64,000 bases of DNA from Usitatibacter rugosus (lineage in GTDB: Bacteria > Pseudomonadota > Gammaproteobacteria > Burkholderiales > Usitatibacteraceae): contig NZ_CP053069.1 of the NCBI RefSeq assembly GCF_013003965.1, positions 525,419 through 589,418 on the forward strand, given 5' to 3'. Positions 19,355 through 28,665 of the stretch are shown in pieces; position 1 is the stretch's first letter, and the number at the start of each line of letters is the position of its first letter. The position numbers were made by a program, and so were the translations under genes. The notes under the pieces were generated by a model, which was not told the DNA's origin, searched no databases, and worked only from the letters and a program-made list of their open reading frames with translations.

Positions 19355-21307
19355 TTACGCGGAGATGTTGTGGAGGGCGGCAAACGGTTCCTTGCCTTCT
19401 CCGTAGTACGTGACTGCGAGCGGACTGTTCTCCATCGCCTCCTTGAACTTGATGTTGCGAAGGAGCCGCGCCTTGTCGTGCAGGCCCTTGCCGATCACGT
19501 AGGTCACCTTCGATTCGTCGAGGTCGATGACGAGCGTGCTCCCGCACCGGATCGTGTGGCTCTGGCCTTCGTGCTCCATCGTCTCGGTCTGCAGGATGGT
19601 CACGAAGACCTGGTTCAGGGCGCGGCCGTCCTCGCGCGCGCGCCGCGCTTCGCGGAGGCTCCGCACTGAAAAGACCGGCATGCCATTGCGGCGGACCCTC
19701 ACGCCTTCGGGCGCCTGGTATTCCGCCAGCGCCAATCCTGTGAGGCGTTGCAGCAACTCGGCCTTGACCACGGCGTTCTGGATGAAATTGTGAAGGTCGA
19801 TCCGGATCTGCCGCGTTTCTTTCCAGATCTCCTTGCGCGTCTTGAGGTAACGCAGCTTGTCCACGTGAGTACGCAGCTTGATGTCGTTGATGAAGCGCGC
19901 GAGCATTCCCTCGACCTCCCCAGGCTCCCGCTCCGGATCCTCCCCGGGTCGCGCCCAGCGCAAACTGTCCTCGGAGAGTGTGCGGATGTCCTCGGGGTAG
20001 ATGCCACGCCGGCGGAACGCCTCGATGAATGCCACGCGATAGCCACGCTGGTCTTCGGGGTAGAGATCCATGTCCGCAGTGACGAGGGCGCGGAGGTACT
20101 CGCCGAACGTGAGGTCCACGGGCGGACAGTAGTCGAGCGCACGGATACACATGTTGAGGACGTGGCTGGCGGCCATGGCGGCTTCGTCGGCGAGTCGGTT
20201 CACGAGATCGGGGTGGAGGTCACCCTGTTGCAGTACGCCTGTGCCTCCAGAAGCGAGTCGCACAAGGTCGCGCGTGCGGCCTTTGTAGATCGCCAGGAAA
20301 GCATCGAAGATCGCCGCGACCAGGATGGCGCCGCGCTCGTGGACCTCCAGCGTATCGTCGAGCTCCGTGGGGTCGGGGACATGCCGTACCCATTTCTTGT
20401 CGGCATCGAAGCGGCCGATGGCATCGCGCAGCGCCCCGTGCGTTCCGCGCGCGAGCCCGAACTGCGCTGCAAGCTGGGCGAGGAGGTTGTCGCTTTCGAG
20501 GTTTCCGCGCGTCTTGGCGATCTGATGCGCGATGATCTCGGGGAAGGTGAAGTGCTGGAAGAGCGCGACGAGGTCTGCGAAGGCCTCGTGGAAGGCGAGC
20601 ACGTCCGGGTTCGTCGCTTCCAGGAAATACTCATGGAATCCGTCCAGCAGCGCGTGCGTCGTTTCGTGCGCAACGATGTCGTGCGAAAGGCACGTGAACA
20701 CCATGCCTCGCGGAAACTGCCCCGTGCTGCGGTCCTCGGTCGCCGGGAAGTAGCCGCACAGGATCGAGAACTTGCCGCGGCTGTAGTACGCATTGGCCAT
20801 GCGCATCGCGTGCGGGTAGATGCGTAGCCGGCGGACGAACTGCTCGTCATCGCTGAGATGCGTTCCTTTCTCGAAGCGGTCCGCCCAGAAGGCCTTGCGG
20901 CCAAGTGCGCGTTCAAAGTGATCGATTGTCGTCATTGCCACCGCGTAGACCATCTGCTGGTGGAACTGGGGATTCCCCTCGGAGGGGCCGTAGCCGTCTT
21001 CAGCCAGGACGAAAGGATGATCGAGGTCCACCGGTGCATAGAAGCATTGGCTTGCGGGATCGTAGTCGACGACCTCGACGTACTCGCCGATCGGTCCGCG
21101 TTCGAGCTTCTCCCACGGCACGCGGTAGGTGATCTCGCTGACCACGGCGGTATCGAGGCTGGTGGCGAGGCTCGGGTCGAACGCATAGCCGCGCAGCGCG
21201 CGATGCGTCGGCTGCTGGGGCTGCGACGCCATGTGGCGCGGCGCCTTGGCCGGGCCCGACCAGGCCACCTGGACGACATTGCGATTCGCGGGTTTGCGGT
21301 TTGCCAT
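19355..21307 (-). CDS. thermolysin-motif (HExxH ... EAxxD gluzincin) metallopeptidase-like protein with no signal peptide
   Basis: IVAHETTHALLDGFHEY followed 19 aa later by HEAFADLVA (thermolysin-type third ligand spacing). 650 aa. N-terminus not signal-like. Confidence 0.6.
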   Translation of the reverse strand: MANRKPANRNVVQVAWSGPAKAPRHMASQPQQPTHRALRGYAFDPSLATSLDTAVVSEITYRVPWEKLERGPIGEYVEVVDYDPASQCFYAPVDLDHPFVLAEDGYGPSEGNPQFHQQMVYAVAMTTIDHFERALGRKAFWADRFEKGTHLSDDEQFVRRLRIYPHAMRMANAYYSRGKFSILCGYFPATEDRSTGQFPRGMVFTCLSHDIVAHETTHALLDGFHEYFLEATNPDVLAFHEAFADLVALFQHFTFPEIIAHQIAKTRGNLESDNLLAQLAAQFGLARGTHGALRDAIGRFDADKKWVRHVPDPTELDDTLEVHERGAILVAAIFDAFLAIYKGRTRDLVRLASGGTGVLQQGDLHPDLVNRLADEAAMAASHVLNMCIRALDYCPPVDLTFGEYLRALVTADMDLYPEDQRGYRVAFIEAFRRRGIYPEDIRTLSEDSLRWARPGEDPEREPGEVEGMLARFINDIKLRTHVDKLRYLKTRKEIWKETRQIRIDLHNFIQNAVVKAELLQRLTGLALAEYQAPEGVRVRRNGMPVFSVRSLREARRAREDGRALNQVFVTILQTETMEHEGQSHTIRCGSTLVIDLDESKVTYVIGKGLHDKARLLRNIKFKEAMENSPLAVTYYGEGKEPFAALHNISA

Positions 21308-21465
21308 CGGCTTCCCTTTCTAATTGTTCTTGTTAGCGCGCCATCTTTGCGCCGGGATGTTCCAGGGAATACGGCAATTCCGGCGGGCACGAACGGGAAA
21401 ATTCACACCGCGTGCAGAGATGGCCGGCCTAGGATTGACGGCGTCGCGCACCTGGGAGGTCAAAA

Positions 21466-23673
21466 ATGAAAAGAAGCTCGACGCTGGCGCTATTGCTCTG
21501 CCTTTCGCTGTCCACGGCAAATGCAGCCGATGCCGTGCCCGTCGTTCAGGCCACGCCACATCTCGCAAGCCAGGCCCGCGAGAACCTCAAGGCAGATCCC
21601 TTCCTCTTCGAGGATGTGATCATGAAGGCGGGGGCAGCCGCCTTCCAGTCCAGCTGCGAGGAAATCAAGAAGACAAAATCGGATTTCGATTGCGCACCCG
21701 GCAAGCTGGGTGCGGGATCCAACCGTACGGGAGAGGACCAGAAAGCCCAGGTCGATGCTCGAGTCTGGCAGGCGCAGTTCATGTCCCTCCTGTCGGCGGA
21801 GCGACTCGAGCGTCTGTTGGGCCCCTATCAAGCGGCGCTGAACGACCGATACAAGTTCTGCGGGAATACGCGCCCGCAGATCCACACCATCGGCTTCCAG
21901 CCGGAGCTGGTGTTCGAGGCGAGGAGCGATTCTCGCCCGACGAGCGCTGGCGAACGCGCGGTGCGTATTCCCATCGATGGCTTTGCCCTCGATCCGCGTT
22001 GCGTCGTGATGGGAATCCAGATCTCGGGCACGGTGCCCGTCTCGCGATATGGCAGTCGCACCGAGCGCAGCGAAAAAGAAAAAAACTCGGACTTCTATGT
22101 CACCGAACCCACGCCCGATCGGCCGGACACGGCCAATGTCATTCTGCTGGAGCCGTATCTCGATCGACTCAAGACGGGCGACATGCTGACGATCTCGGTG
22201 AGCTTCAGCGAGCGATACCCTCCGGATGAAAAGAAACCGCGGAAGGTTGCCTACTCCAAGCGCGCCTTCACCTTGTTCGAGATTGGTGACTACCGCCAGG
22301 TCTACCAGAAGGATCGGATCGGTCCCCATAGCGCATTTCCGCTTACCGAAGAGGAAATCGACAGCCTCTACGGGCCGCTCATCGCCAAGAACTACTTCGC
22401 CGTGCGGATCTCCATTCGCAACCCCGGAGCCACGGCGAAGCTTGTCAGCAGCGGAGGGATTCGGGTCACGGGAACGGCCCGCGTCGAACCGGAGCCGGGC
22501 TCCGGTGAGCCGCCGTTCGCCATGCCACTCACGCTCGTTCCCCACAGCCTCCAGGAGATCTATTCGATCCTCCAGGACCAGGAGGTTGACCAGGTGCGGC
22601 CCCGGACCTTCCGGGCGCTCGAGCTCGTGGGTGCGCTCGCAACCGGCATCGCCGCGATTACTTCTCCGGGCATCCAGACGACGAAGAACCTCGGTCTCTT
22701 CACCGGGCTGGTAATCCCCGAAACGAAAAGGGCCTGGCCGGATCGCTGGCCGGGCTACCAGAAGAACCTGGTGCGCGACGCGATGCCCGACCTCATCAAG
22801 GTGGGCCCGAATTCGAGGACGGAACAGCCGAAGGTCCTCTTCTTCCCGAAAAAGGACATCGACGGCATGGTGTCGGATCCGTACCTCTTCGGTCGGATCA
22901 GCGGTAGCGATACTCCCGATGGCGATATCCGCAACGCGAAGCCGAAGACATACGTTATAGCGGTGAGCTTCGACAACCTTTCGATCCGGCTCGAAGACCT
23001 TTTCGAGGTGGAGAATCCGGCCATTCGCGACAAGTACCTCGATCTCCTGGGCGAGGTCCCCGCGTTGATCGGAAAGCTCGAGCTCCTACGCCCTTGGTCG
23101 ACGCAAGCGACCGGCGCGAAGCTGTTCGATCTTCCGAGCGGCACCTGGAATGATGCGCAGACCGCGTTGACGGAAGCGGCGAAGAGCGTGACAGCCCATG
23201 CCGACGCGACGACCAAGGCGGATCTCGATGGCAATGTCATCAAGCCCCTGAAGCTGCTCGTCGATGGAGTCAAGCCTGGCGACGCGAAATCGAAGCTGAA
23301 AGCGGATCTGTTCGGCAACGGCAAGGCGGGCGTCGAGGCGCTCAAGCAGGCGCGGGAGACCCTCGAGGGCGTGCGCTCGCGACTCAACACCGAGGGCGAT
23401 CCGTCGGCGTACAAGCCGCGCGTCGACGAGGCGGGTGCTACGGCTACCGCGGCCAAGAATGCGCTGGCCTACTACCAGCTGGTGTCCAAGGCCGTGGCGG
23501 ATTCCGTGCAGCCTCTCAAGGATCTCGACGCGGCGCTGAAGGTGTTGAAGGCGAAGCCGGCAGATGCGGCCGCGAAGACTGCCCTGGACGGCGCGGCGAC
23601 GAATCTGAAGGGCATCCTCAAGAACGTCGCCGACAACAAGCCCGCCGAAGGAATCTCCCTGGCGCTCCAATAG
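21466..23673 (+). CDS. large secreted hypothetical protein (735 aa) with a helical Lys/Ala-rich C-terminus
   Basis: Signal peptide MKRSSTLALLLCLSLSTANA. No recognisable catalytic motif. Lower GC and atypical codons. Divergent from the peptidase operon. Confidence 0.55.
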   Translation: MKRSSTLALLLCLSLSTANAADAVPVVQATPHLASQARENLKADPFLFEDVIMKAGAAAFQSSCEEIKKTKSDFDCAPGKLGAGSNRTGEDQKAQVDARVWQAQFMSLLSAERLERLLGPYQAALNDRYKFCGNTRPQIHTIGFQPELVFEARSDSRPTSAGERAVRIPIDGFALDPRCVVMGIQISGTVPVSRYGSRTERSEKEKNSDFYVTEPTPDRPDTANVILLEPYLDRLKTGDMLTISVSFSERYPPDEKKPRKVAYSKRAFTLFEIGDYRQVYQKDRIGPHSAFPLTEEEIDSLYGPLIAKNYFAVRISIRNPGATAKLVSSGGIRVTGTARVEPEPGSGEPPFAMPLTLVPHSLQEIYSILQDQEVDQVRPRTFRALELVGALATGIAAITSPGIQTTKNLGLFTGLVIPETKRAWPDRWPGYQKNLVRDAMPDLIKVGPNSRTEQPKVLFFPKKDIDGMVSDPYLFGRISGSDTPDGDIRNAKPKTYVIAVSFDNLSIRLEDLFEVENPAIRDKYLDLLGEVPALIGKLELLRPWSTQATGAKLFDLPSGTWNDAQTALTEAAKSVTAHADATTKADLDGNVIKPLKLLVDGVKPGDAKSKLKADLFGNGKAGVEALKQARETLEGVRSRLNTEGDPSAYKPRVDEAGATATAAKNALAYYQLVSKAVADSVQPLKDLDAALKVLKAKPADAAAKTALDGAATNLKGILKNVADNKPAEGISLALQ

Positions 23674-23683
23674 CGCGACCGAA

Positions 23684-24478
23684 CTATGACCGTCGGCCCA
23701 GGACTCGCCGAAGCATCACGAGCGTGGCGAAGAAGGCGAGTCCGCCACCCCCGAACATCAGGATCTCGAACGGCCAGAGATTGTGGGAAGTGGGATCGCG
23801 CGACGTATCGATGACGATCCTCCCTACGACAACCGCCATGACAACCAGCGGTAGCGCAGCGAGCCAGCGCCACGGGCCGTGCCACTTCCAGATCGCAAAC
23901 AACGGCCCGAGCACGATCAAGACGACGAATCCCATCACCGCCAATCCGAAGCCCGACAAGAGCAGCGCCGAGGAGGCGGAGCTCCCCGATCGCGATTCGG
24001 TGCGCTCCTTCTTCACGATGGCCTCGTTCTCGAGGATGAGGTCCGTCACCCATTGCGCACGCGGCGGCGCCTCGGGACCGGGCAGGCCACTCCCGCGCAC
24101 ATCGACCGGAAAGCGCGCGACCTCGAATTCCTTGTAGGGCTTCCCGCCGCCGGCGCGAATGCGCACCTCTTCGACGCGCCCTTCGCCGTTGAGCGAGAAC
24201 CAGCCGAACGTGGTGCCGGAGCCGTCGTAGGCCCGCGAGACGTTGGTCTTCACGCGCGCGAGGGGCTGGCCTCCGGAGTAGGGCGTCGTCCAGAGCCGGA
24301 TATCCACCGCGCCGGAATACTCGATACGAAGGAACACCGGCTCATCGATGCCGACGACGGCCGGCATGGGCGGGCTCGTCTCGACGACCTTCACGCGCAG
24401 CTCTGCCGCCGCGCCGAGGGCCAGCGCGAACAGCGACGCGAAAAGAAGAAGGCCGCGTCGAGCGCGAGCCGGGCTCAC
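23684..24478 (-). CDS. hypothetical protein with signal peptide, periplasmic domain and C-terminal TM helices
   Basis: Signal peptide LLLFASLFALALGAAA. Three C-terminal hydrophobic helices. Confidence 0.45.
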   Translation of the reverse strand: MSPARARRGLLLFASLFALALGAAAELRVKVVETSPPMPAVVGIDEPVFLRIEYSGAVDIRLWTTPYSGGQPLARVKTNVSRAYDGSGTTFGWFSLNGEGRVEEVRIRAGGGKPYKEFEVARFPVDVRGSGLPGPEAPPRAQWVTDLILENEAIVKKERTESRSGSSASSALLLSGFGLAVMGFVVLIVLGPLFAIWKWHGPWRWLAALPLVVMAVVVGRIVIDTSRDPTSHNLWPFEILMFGGGGLAFFATLVMLRRVLGRRS

Positions 24479-25263
24479 GCCGTTCCGCGCACCGTGAGCG
24501 CGCGAGCCAGCAGGGCGATCGATCCGTCGGCAGCGGTGGGCAGCTTGGCGCGCAGCCGATCGCGCAGCTTGGCGCGGGTGGCCTCGTCGAGCGACATCGC
24601 ATACGCGGGTGCCGGTCCCTGGCCGCCGAGGAACGGCTGCCAGTACTCGTCGAAGCTCGCGAAGGGCGTCGGGATGTCGATGGCGCCCGTCTCGACGTTC
24701 TTGAATCCCGCCGCCGTGAAGGCGCTCGCGAGTCCCGGCGCGGTGACGAGCTGGAAGCGCACGCTCTCGTTCGCCGAGGCCGCTTCCGGGTTGATCTCCA
24801 CGGCCGCATCCCAGAAGTAGCGCATGAGGTCCATGCGGCCGGTGTAGTCCCAGATGTACGCCGCGATGGTGCCGTCCGGCGTGATCACGCGCTTCATCTC
24901 GGCCAGCGCCGCGCGCGCATCGGGCACGAAGTTGAGCACGAGCGCGGATACCACGACGTCCACCGAAGCGTCACCGAGGGGGATCGATGCGGCGTTGCCC
25001 TGCAGGAAAGTGGCGCGGCCCGCGAGGTTCTCCGCGGCCGACTTGAGGAATCCTTCGGAGGGCTCGACCCCTGTCACGCTCGCGGGCGACCCGTGGTCCG
25101 CGATCGCCGCGCAGAGCGCCCCGGTGCCACAGCCCACGTCGAGCCACCGGCGTGCCGCGGGAACGCCCAGCCACGAGACGAAGCGCGGAGCGACCTGCCG
25201 GCTCCACCGCCCGACGTAGCGTTCGTAGAGGTCTCCCTGCTTCCAGTTGTCGGACACACTCAT
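24475..25263 (-). CDS. class I SAM-dependent methyltransferase
   Basis: Motif I LDVGCGTGAL, post-I VTGVEPSE, motif II VDVVVSALVLNFV. Confidence 0.75.
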   Translation of the reverse strand: MSVSDNWKQGDLYERYVGRWSRQVAPRFVSWLGVPAARRWLDVGCGTGALCAAIADHGSPASVTGVEPSEGFLKSAAENLAGRATFLQGNAASIPLGDASVDVVVSALVLNFVPDARAALAEMKRVITPDGTIAAYIWDYTGRMDLMRYFWDAAVEINPEAASANESVRFQLVTAPGLASAFTAAGFKNVETGAIDIPTPFASFDEYWQPFLGGQGPAPAYAMSLDEATRAKLRDRLRAKLPTAADGSIALLARALTVRGTA

Positions 25264-25274
25264 CGATGTCTTCC

Positions 25275-25299
25275 AATAAAAGGGTCTGACCCTTTTATT
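25275..25299. repeat. perfectly palindromic variant of the unit (AATAAAAGGGTCTGACCCTTTTATT); contains the M20 gene TAA stop
   Basis: Lies in the 31-nt spacer between two co-directional genes. Confidence 0.8.
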
Positions 25300-26557
25300 G
25301 ATTGGCGCTGAGCCAGTCCAGCGTGAGGGCGCACTGCAGCTTCACGCCGAGCTTCAGGCAGTTCTCGTCGAGGTAGAAGCGCGGGCTGTGGCCGGGCGCG
25401 GAATCGTTGATCGCCGTGGTGGCCGGCGTGCAGCCCAGGCGATAGAAGAGGCCGGGCACTTCCTTCTGGAAGAACGAGAAGTCCTCGGCGCCACACACCT
25501 TGTCCACGACGCCCACGTTCTTTTCACCCGCGATGCGGCCCAGCGTCGGGATCGCCCATTCGGTCAACGCGGGATGATTCACCGTCACGTCGTAGCCGCG
25601 CTTGATCGATACCGAAGCCTTGGCGCCGCCCGCGGCCGCGATCATCTCGCTGATGCGCTTCACGTGCTCGTGGATGCTGTCGCGCTGCTGCTCGTCGAAC
25701 GTGCGGATGGTGCCTTCCATGCTCACGTCGTCGGGGATGATGTTGTCGCGGTTGCCGCCGTGGATGCTGCCCACGGTCACGACCGACGGCTCCTTCGCGA
25801 TATCCATCTTGCGCGAGACGATCTGCTGCAGCCCCATCACGATCTGCGCGCTGGTGACGATGGGATCGACGCCGCGCCACGGCTGCGCCCCGTGCGTCTG
25901 CACGCCCTTCACGAAGACCTTGAACTTGTCCGACGAGGCCATCATCGGCCCCACGCGGTAGCCGACCTGGCCCGTGTGGTGGTTCGACGTGACGTGAAGC
26001 CCGAAGATCGCCTGCACGTCCGGATTCTTGAGCGCGGCTTCCTTGATCATCAGTTGCGCACCGCCTTCTTCTTCATCGGGAGCGCCTTCCTCCGCGGGCT
26101 GGAAGATGAACTTCACGGTGCCGGGAATCTTGTCCCGCATGCCGGAAAGGATCTCCGCCACGCCCATCAGGATGGAGGTGTGCGCGTCGTGGCCGCACGC
26201 GTGCATCACGCCGCACTGCGCGCCGTTCCACTCCGTCGTTACCTGGCTCTTGAAGGGCACATCGACCAGCTCCTTCACGGGCAGGGCGTCGATGTCGGCG
26301 CGAAGCGCGACCACGGGTCCAGGCTGGCCACCCTTGAGGACGCCGATCACGCCGGTGTGCGCGATCTTCTCCTGCACCTCGATGCCGGGCAGCGACCTGA
26401 GGTGCGCGGCCAGCAGCTTGGAGGTGCGGAACTCGCGGTTGCCGAGCTCCGGGTTCTGGTGGAGGTCACGTCGCCACGCGATCACCTTGGCCTCGATCTT
26501 CTCGGCGGCGGTGGCGATGGCTTCGTCGAAGGGGAAGGCGCGGTCGGGTGCGTTCAT
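25295..26557 (-). CDS. M20D-family amidohydrolase (aminoacylase/hippurate-hydrolase-like)
   Basis: ACGHDAHT, FQPAEE, HG..PW and similar M20 motifs. 420 aa. Confidence 0.85.
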   Translation of the reverse strand: MNAPDRAFPFDEAIATAAEKIEAKVIAWRRDLHQNPELGNREFRTSKLLAAHLRSLPGIEVQEKIAHTGVIGVLKGGQPGPVVALRADIDALPVKELVDVPFKSQVTTEWNGAQCGVMHACGHDAHTSILMGVAEILSGMRDKIPGTVKFIFQPAEEGAPDEEEGGAQLMIKEAALKNPDVQAIFGLHVTSNHHTGQVGYRVGPMMASSDKFKVFVKGVQTHGAQPWRGVDPIVTSAQIVMGLQQIVSRKMDIAKEPSVVTVGSIHGGNRDNIIPDDVSMEGTIRTFDEQQRDSIHEHVKRISEMIAAAGGAKASVSIKRGYDVTVNHPALTEWAIPTLGRIAGEKNVGVVDKVCGAEDFSFFQKEVPGLFYRLGCTPATTAINDSAPGHSPRFYLDENCLKLGVKLQCALTLDWLSANQ

Positions 26558-26612
26558 GGGGCCATTCTAATCCCGCGGTTAGAATCCGGCAGAGACCCGA
26601 GAGGAGTGCGCC

Positions 26613-27014
26613 ATGATCGTCCGAGCCCTTGCCATCGCCTTGCTTTGCGCCGTACTGATCCCTGCCCATGCCGACGAGCCGAAGCCCCGCGGCATCCAGT
26701 TCCAGCGCGACCTGCCCAACATCCCGGGCAAGAAGATCGTCACCGTGGTCGTCGAATACCCACCGGGCGGGAAGACCCCTTCGCACCGCCATGCGCCTTC
26801 CGCCTTCATCTATGCCTATGTATTGTCGGGCTCGATCCGCAGCAAGGTCGATGACGGTCCCGCCAGGGTGTACGAAGAGGGCGAGGATTTCTTCGAGGAG
26901 CCGGGCGCCCACCACGTGGTGAGCGAGAACGCGAGCAAGACGCGGCCGGCGAAGATGCTCGCGGTCTTCATCGTCAATGCGGGCGAGCCGCTCACCACGA
27001 TGGACCCGAAATGA
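26613..27014 (+). CDS. secreted cupin-domain protein
   Basis: Signal peptide. Cupin motifs PSHRHAPSAFIYAYVLSG and FFEEPGAHHVVSEN. Confidence 0.65.
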   Translation: MIVRALAIALLCAVLIPAHADEPKPRGIQFQRDLPNIPGKKIVTVVVEYPPGGKTPSHRHAPSAFIYAYVLSGSIRSKVDDGPARVYEEGEDFFEEPGAHHVVSENASKTRPAKMLAVFIVNAGEPLTTMDPK

Positions 27015-27030
27015 ACCGGAGACGCTCCCG

Positions 27031-27996
27031 ATGACAACAACCATCCGTCTCGTGCTCGGTGCCGCGCTGTTCGCTGCCACCGCCGCATTTGGCCAGGCCT
27101 TCCCCAACAAGCCGATCACGCTCGTCGTTCCGGTGGCGCCCGGCGGAATTCTCGACACCGTCGCTCGCATGATCGCGCCCGAGATGTCGAAAGCGCTCGG
27201 CCAGCCGATCGTCGTGGACAACAAGCCGGGAGCGAGCGGCAATATCGGCGCCGCGATCGTTGCGAAGGCAAAGCCCGACGGTTACACGCTGCTCGTCGGC
27301 TACTCGATGTTCCACGTCGGCAACCCGTCGATGTTCAAGGAGCTGCCATGGGATCCCGTGAAGGACTTCTCCTCGGTCGCGATGCTCGTCGTCTCGCCGC
27401 ATGTGCTCGCGGTGCATCCGTCGGTGCCCGCGAACAACCTGAAGGAGCTGGTGGCGCTCGCGAAGGCGAGCCCCGGGAAGTTGAACTACGCCACGCCCGG
27501 CAGCGGCTCGGTGCCGCACGTCGGCATGGAGCTCTTCAAGCAGCAGACGGGCACCGATTTCACGCACGTCCCCTACAAGGGCTCGGGCCCGGCGATGCAG
27601 GACGTCATCGCGGGCAATGTGCAGGTCACTGTCGCTACGCCGCCGTCGCTGCTCCAGTTCGTGCTGGCCGGGCGGATGCGCGCGCTCGCGGTCGCCGCGA
27701 AGACACGTCATCCGTTGTTGCCCGACGTGCCCACCGCGGCGGAGCAGGGCTTCCCCGCCTTCGAGCTCGAGGCGTGGGTGGCGTTGTTCGCGCCCGCGGG
27801 CACGCCGCCCGATGCAATCGCGAAGCTGACTGCCGCCGCGAAAGCGGCGCTCGCCAACCCCGAGGTCGCCGAGAAGACGCGCGCCACGGGGATGACGATG
27901 CGCTACCTCACCCCCACGGAGCTGGATGCCGTGGTGAAGACCGACCTCGCGTACTGGTCGAAGGTGATCACCGACGCGAAGATCAAGGCGGACTGA
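27031..27996 (+). CDS. Bug-family (TctC-like) tripartite tricarboxylate transporter periplasmic binding protein
   Basis: Signal peptide, then FPNKPITLVVPVAPGG and the conserved ..GYTLLVG.. motif. Internal ATG chosen. Confidence 0.8.
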   Translation: MTTTIRLVLGAALFAATAAFGQAFPNKPITLVVPVAPGGILDTVARMIAPEMSKALGQPIVVDNKPGASGNIGAAIVAKAKPDGYTLLVGYSMFHVGNPSMFKELPWDPVKDFSSVAMLVVSPHVLAVHPSVPANNLKELVALAKASPGKLNYATPGSGSVPHVGMELFKQQTGTDFTHVPYKGSGPAMQDVIAGNVQVTVATPPSLLQFVLAGRMRALAVAAKTRHPLLPDVPTAAEQGFPAFELEAWVALFAPAGTPPDAIAKLTAAAKAALANPEVAEKTRATGMTMRYLTPTELDAVVKTDLAYWSKVITDAKIKAD

Positions 27997-27997
27997 C

Positions 27998-28657
27998 ATG
28001 AGCACCGACAAGAACGTCGCCCGCGCGGCGAAGCTGGAGTGTGCCGCGATCAGCGATGCGCTGGACCGCCTGCGCATCGCCGGCCAGTGCTATCGCATCG
28101 TGGCGATCGACAAGAAATTCCGCATGGCCGGCCGCGCCTTCACGATCCTTTATCGACCCGCGACCGTCACCACCGGCAACGTCGGCGAGTACATCGACGA
28201 CGTCCCGCCCGGCAGCGTGATCGTGATCGACAACCAGGGCCGCGACGACGTCAGCACCTGGGGCGGGATCCTCACCGAGACAGCCCATCACAAGGGCATC
28301 GCCGGAACGCTCGTCGATGGTCTCGTGCGCGATGCCTCCGCGTGCCTCGAGCTGGGCTACCCCATCTACGCGCGTGGCCACTGGATGCGCACCGGCAAGG
28401 GCCGCATCGAGCTGGCCGGACTGCAGGTGCCGGTTACCATCGGCCAGGTGTGCGTCTCGCCTGGCGACCTCGTTCGCGGCGATGCGGATGGCGTGGTCGT
28501 CGTGCCGCAATCGCGCGAGGACGAGGTGCTGAAGATCGCCGAGGAAGTCGCCTCGGCGGAGACGCGCGTGCGGGAGATGGTGCGCGGTGGGATGCGGATG
28601 GACGAAGCGCGAAAGATCGTGAAGTATCACGACCTCCAGAGACCGACCGATACCTGA
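27998..28657 (+). CDS. RraA-family protein (RraA / 4-hydroxy-4-methyl-2-oxoglutarate aldolase like)
   Basis: GDVIVIDNQG..DVSTWGGILT and GTLVDGLVRD motifs. Start 1 nt after the Bug gene stop. Confidence 0.8.
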   Translation: MSTDKNVARAAKLECAAISDALDRLRIAGQCYRIVAIDKKFRMAGRAFTILYRPATVTTGNVGEYIDDVPPGSVIVIDNQGRDDVSTWGGILTETAHHKGIAGTLVDGLVRDASACLELGYPIYARGHWMRTGKGRIELAGLQVPVTIGQVCVSPGDLVRGDADGVVVVPQSREDEVLKIAEEVASAETRVREMVRGGMRMDEARKIVKYHDLQRPTDT

Positions 28658-28665
28658 GGACCGCC

